From: Lachnospiraceae bacterium | GTDB lineage: Bacteria; Bacillota; Clostridia; Lachnospirales; Lachnospiraceae | NCBI GenBank assembly: GCA_016288825.1 | Contig: JAEELH010000061.1 | Span: forward strand, 2,967 to 66,966 | Direction of reading: 5' to 3' | DNA length: 64,000 bases | Part shown: piece after piece, positions 61,316 through 64,000 of the stretch | How the letters are laid out: each line of letters starts with the position of its first letter | Numbering within the stretch: position 1 is the stretch's first letter | The notes under the pieces: model-generated | What the model saw: the letters and a program-made list of their open reading frames with translations, nothing else | What the model was told of the DNA's origin: nothing | The model's database searches: none | Position numbers and translations under genes: made by a program

Positions 61316-62713
61316 ATGACAAAGGAACTTATCGAGATAAGAAAGCTTTTTAAGGACACCGGAAGTTATGCCGGCAAAAAGATAAAGGTGGGCGGTTGGA
61401 TCAGGAATATCCGTGATTCCAAGACCTTTGGATTTATCGTACTTAATGATGGTACATACTTCCAGCCCCTTCAGATAGTTTTTGAGGATAGCCTTTCCAA
61501 TTTTGAGGAGGTCAGACATCTTAACGTAGGTGCGGCAGTAGTTGCTACAGGAGAGCTTGTTCTTACTCCTGATGCCAAGCAGCCTTTCGAGCTTAAGGCA
61601 GAGTCAGTGGATATCGAGGGTGCCAGCACACCGGACTTCCCGGTACAGCCCAAGCGTCACAGTATGGAGTTTCTTCGTACGATCCCTCATCTTCGTGCAA
61701 GGACCAATACTTTTGAGGCAGTGTTCCGTGTGAGATCCCTTGCAGCATATGCTATCCATAAGTTCTTCCAGGAGAGGGACTTTGTGTATGTACATACTCC
61801 CATTATCACCGGAAGTGATGCCGAGGGTGCTGGAGAGATGTTCTCCGTAACCACCATCGATCCTTCCGATCCTCCCAGAAAAGAGGACGGCAGCGTTGAT
61901 TTTTCCAAGGACTTTTTCGGAAAGAGCACCAATCTTACGGTTTCGGGTCAGCTCAATGGTGAGACCTTTGCCTGCGCTTTCCGTAACATCTATACATTTG
62001 GACCTACCTTCAGAGCAGAGAACTCCAACACCACCCGCCATGCGGCTGAGTTTTGGATGATAGAGCCTGAGATCTGCTTTGCGGATCTTGAGGATGATAT
62101 GGAACTGGCAGAGGACATGATCAAGTACATCATCAACTACGTACTTGAAAATGCTCCTGAGGAGATGGCATTCTTCAATCAGTTTGTGGATAAGGGCCTT
62201 CTTGAGCGTCTCCGTCATGTGGCTGAGTCTGATTTCGGACGCATCACTTACACAGATGCTATTGAGGAACTTTCCAAGCACAATGATAGATTTGATTACA
62301 AGGTAAGCTGGGGCTGCGACCTCCAGACAGAGCATGAGAGATACCTTACTGAGGAGGTATTCAAAAAGCCTGTATTTGTTACCGACTATCCCAAGGATAT
62401 CAAGGCCTTCTACATGAAACTCAATCCCGATGGCAAGACAGTTGCAGCAATGGACTGCCTGGTTCCCGGTATCGGCGAGATCATCGGTGGTTCCCAGAGA
62501 GAGGATGACCTGGAGATCCTTGAGAGCCGCATCCGCGAGCTGGGTATGAAGCCTGAGGACTATGACTTCTACCTTGACCTTCGCCGCTATGGTTCCAACC
62601 GCCATGCAGGTTATGGCCTCGGATTTGAAAGATGCGTGATGTATCTTACAGGTATGGGCAATATCCGTGATGTTGTACCTTTCCCCAGAACCGTTAATAA
62701 CTGTGAACTTTAA
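61316..62713 (+). CDS. asnS: Asparagine-tRNA ligase
   Basis: [32 protein letters not shown] and GGSQRE motifs. Confidence 0.96.
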   Translation: MTKELIEIRKLFKDTGSYAGKKIKVGGWIRNIRDSKTFGFIVLNDGTYFQPLQIVFEDSLSNFEEVRHLNVGAAVVATGELVLTPDAKQPFELKAESVDIEGASTPDFPVQPKRHSMEFLRTIPHLRARTNTFEAVFRVRSLAAYAIHKFFQERDFVYVHTPIITGSDAEGAGEMFSVTTIDPSDPPRKEDGSVDFSKDFFGKSTNLTVSGQLNGETFACAFRNIYTFGPTFRAENSNTTRHAAEFWMIEPEICFADLEDDMELAEDMIKYIINYVLENAPEEMAFFNQFVDKGLLERLRHVAESDFGRITYTDAIEELSKHNDRFDYKVSWGCDLQTEHERYLTEEVFKKPVFVTDYPKDIKAFYMKLNPDGKTVAAMDCLVPGIGEIIGGSQREDDLEILESRIRELGMKPEDYDFYLDLRRYGSNRHAGYGLGFERCVMYLTGMGNIRDVVPFPRTVNNCEL

Positions 62714-62725
62714 AAGGAAGACAAA

Positions 62726-63736
62726 ATGAGTAAGATAGTTATACCTGACGGCTACGAGCCGGCGTTGAACCTCAAGGAAACCCAGATCGCCATCAAGCGA
62801 GTTAAAGACTTTTTCCAGAGCCAGCTTATGGCTGAGCTTAACCTGCGAAGAGTTTCAGCACCCCTTTTTGTTACACCCGAGTCCGGACTTAACGACAACC
62901 TTAATGGTGTTGAGCGTCCCGTAAGCTTTGGTATCAAGGAGCAGGGTGACCGTCCCATGGAGATCGTTCACTCTCTTGCAAAATGGAAGAGGAGTGCTCT
63001 GGGAAGGTACGGCTTCGGACCCGGAGAGGGCCTTTATACAGACATGAACGCTATCCGCCGTGACGAGGATACGGACAATATCCATTCGATCTATGTGGAT
63101 CAGTGGGACTGGGAAAAGATCATTACAAAAGAGGAACGTAACGAAAAGACACTTTTTGCCACAGTCAGGAGCATTTACGAGGCCCTTCGTGTGACGGAAA
63201 AGTACATGTCCAATCGTTATGAATACATCAAATGTTTCCTTCCTGAGGATATAACTTTTATCACCACTCAGGAGCTTTTGGACAGATATCCGGACAAGGA
63301 TCCCAGGGAGAGAGAGTACCTTGCAGCCAAGGAATACGGAGCTATCTTCCTTCAGAAGATAGGTGATCTTCTTTCAGACGGACAGAAGCATGACGGCCGT
63401 GCACCGGACTATGATGACTGGCAGCTCAACGGCGATATCATCGTTTACTATCCCGTTCTTGATATCGCATTGGAGCTTTCATCCATGGGTATCAGAGTTG
63501 ACGAGGAATCTCTTCCTGCACAGCTTGAAAAGGCAGGCTGCACAGAGAGGCTTGAGCTTCCCTTCCAAAAGGCTATCATTGAGGGCAAGGTTCCCTATAC
63601 CATAGGCGGAGGAATCGGACAGAGCAGGATCTGTATGTTCTTCCTGCGCAAGTGCCATATCGGAGAAGTTCAGGTTTCAATTTGGCCGGATGAGGAAGTG
63701 GACTATGCCGCTTCAAAGGGGGTTATAATTCTTTAG
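62726..63736 (+). CDS. asnA: Aspartate-ammonia ligase
   Basis: HSLAKWKR, YVDQWDWE, RAPDYDDW and TIGGGIGQSR motifs. Confidence 0.96.
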   Translation: MSKIVIPDGYEPALNLKETQIAIKRVKDFFQSQLMAELNLRRVSAPLFVTPESGLNDNLNGVERPVSFGIKEQGDRPMEIVHSLAKWKRSALGRYGFGPGEGLYTDMNAIRRDEDTDNIHSIYVDQWDWEKIITKEERNEKTLFATVRSIYEALRVTEKYMSNRYEYIKCFLPEDITFITTQELLDRYPDKDPREREYLAAKEYGAIFLQKIGDLLSDGQKHDGRAPDYDDWQLNGDIIVYYPVLDIALELSSMGIRVDEESLPAQLEKAGCTERLELPFQKAIIEGKVPYTIGGGIGQSRICMFFLRKCHIGEVQVSIWPDEEVDYAASKGVIIL

Positions 63737-63758
63737 TTTTGACAGATCGGGGAGTAAT

Positions 63759-64000
63759 ATGAGTAAAGATCTTCATTCTGAAAATTTAGATAATCTGTTA
63801 GACGGTATCCTTACACTGCGTACAAGGGAGGAGGCATATCGCTTTTTTGAAGACCTTTGTACAGTTGGTGAGATCGAGGCTCTTCAGCAGAGGTTTGCAG
63901 TAGCCAGGATGCTCCGTAGTGATCAGACATATCAGGATATAGCTGAGGCTACGGGAGCGTCGACTGCCACCATAAGCAGGGTCAGACGCGCCCTTGATTA
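63759..64000 (+). CDS. YerC/YecD TrpR-related protein (3'-truncated by window edge)
   Basis: Manual translation MSKDLHSENL...FFEDLCT..EI...TYQDIAEATGASTATISRV; not in the ORF track. Confidence 0.85.
   Translation, partial: MSKDLHSENLDNLLDGILTLRTREEAYRFFEDLCTVGEIEALQQRFAVARMLRSDQTYQDIAEATGASTATISRVRRALD

Overview
A 64-kb chromosomal window from a Clostridia-type genome. Gene content and order point to Lachnospiraceae (Butyrivibrio-like); this is an inference. Most of it is housekeeping: oadB/oadA, galK, tRNA-Trp, ppk2, pyrBI, murE-priA-def-fmt-rsmB-rlmN-stp-pknB-rsgA-rpe, hisA, dapF, rel, hemZ, hisS-aspS, ychF, nrdR, asnS-asnA. No transposase, integrase, phage or cas genes and no CRISPR array were seen. 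The best candidates for something undescribed are: (1) two dispersed copies of a ~140-nt structured non-coding element (18304-18439, 46378-46517) with compensatory base changes and outer-stem G-T wobbles all on the + strand; (2) a branched palindrome with two GCGAAGC mini-hairpins followed by a 41-bp tandem array built from its own ends (1093-1400); (3) a 10.5-kb accessory cluster with two AIM24 paralogs and a tandem-Cache-domain/MscS channel fusion; (4) an orphan amino-acid-binding protein paired with a dCache hybrid kinase; (5) a symmetric bidirectional promoter sharing one palindromic -35 box, with a structured leader ahead of a PanT-like transporter. All calls were made by eye from sequence motifs; no database search was run.
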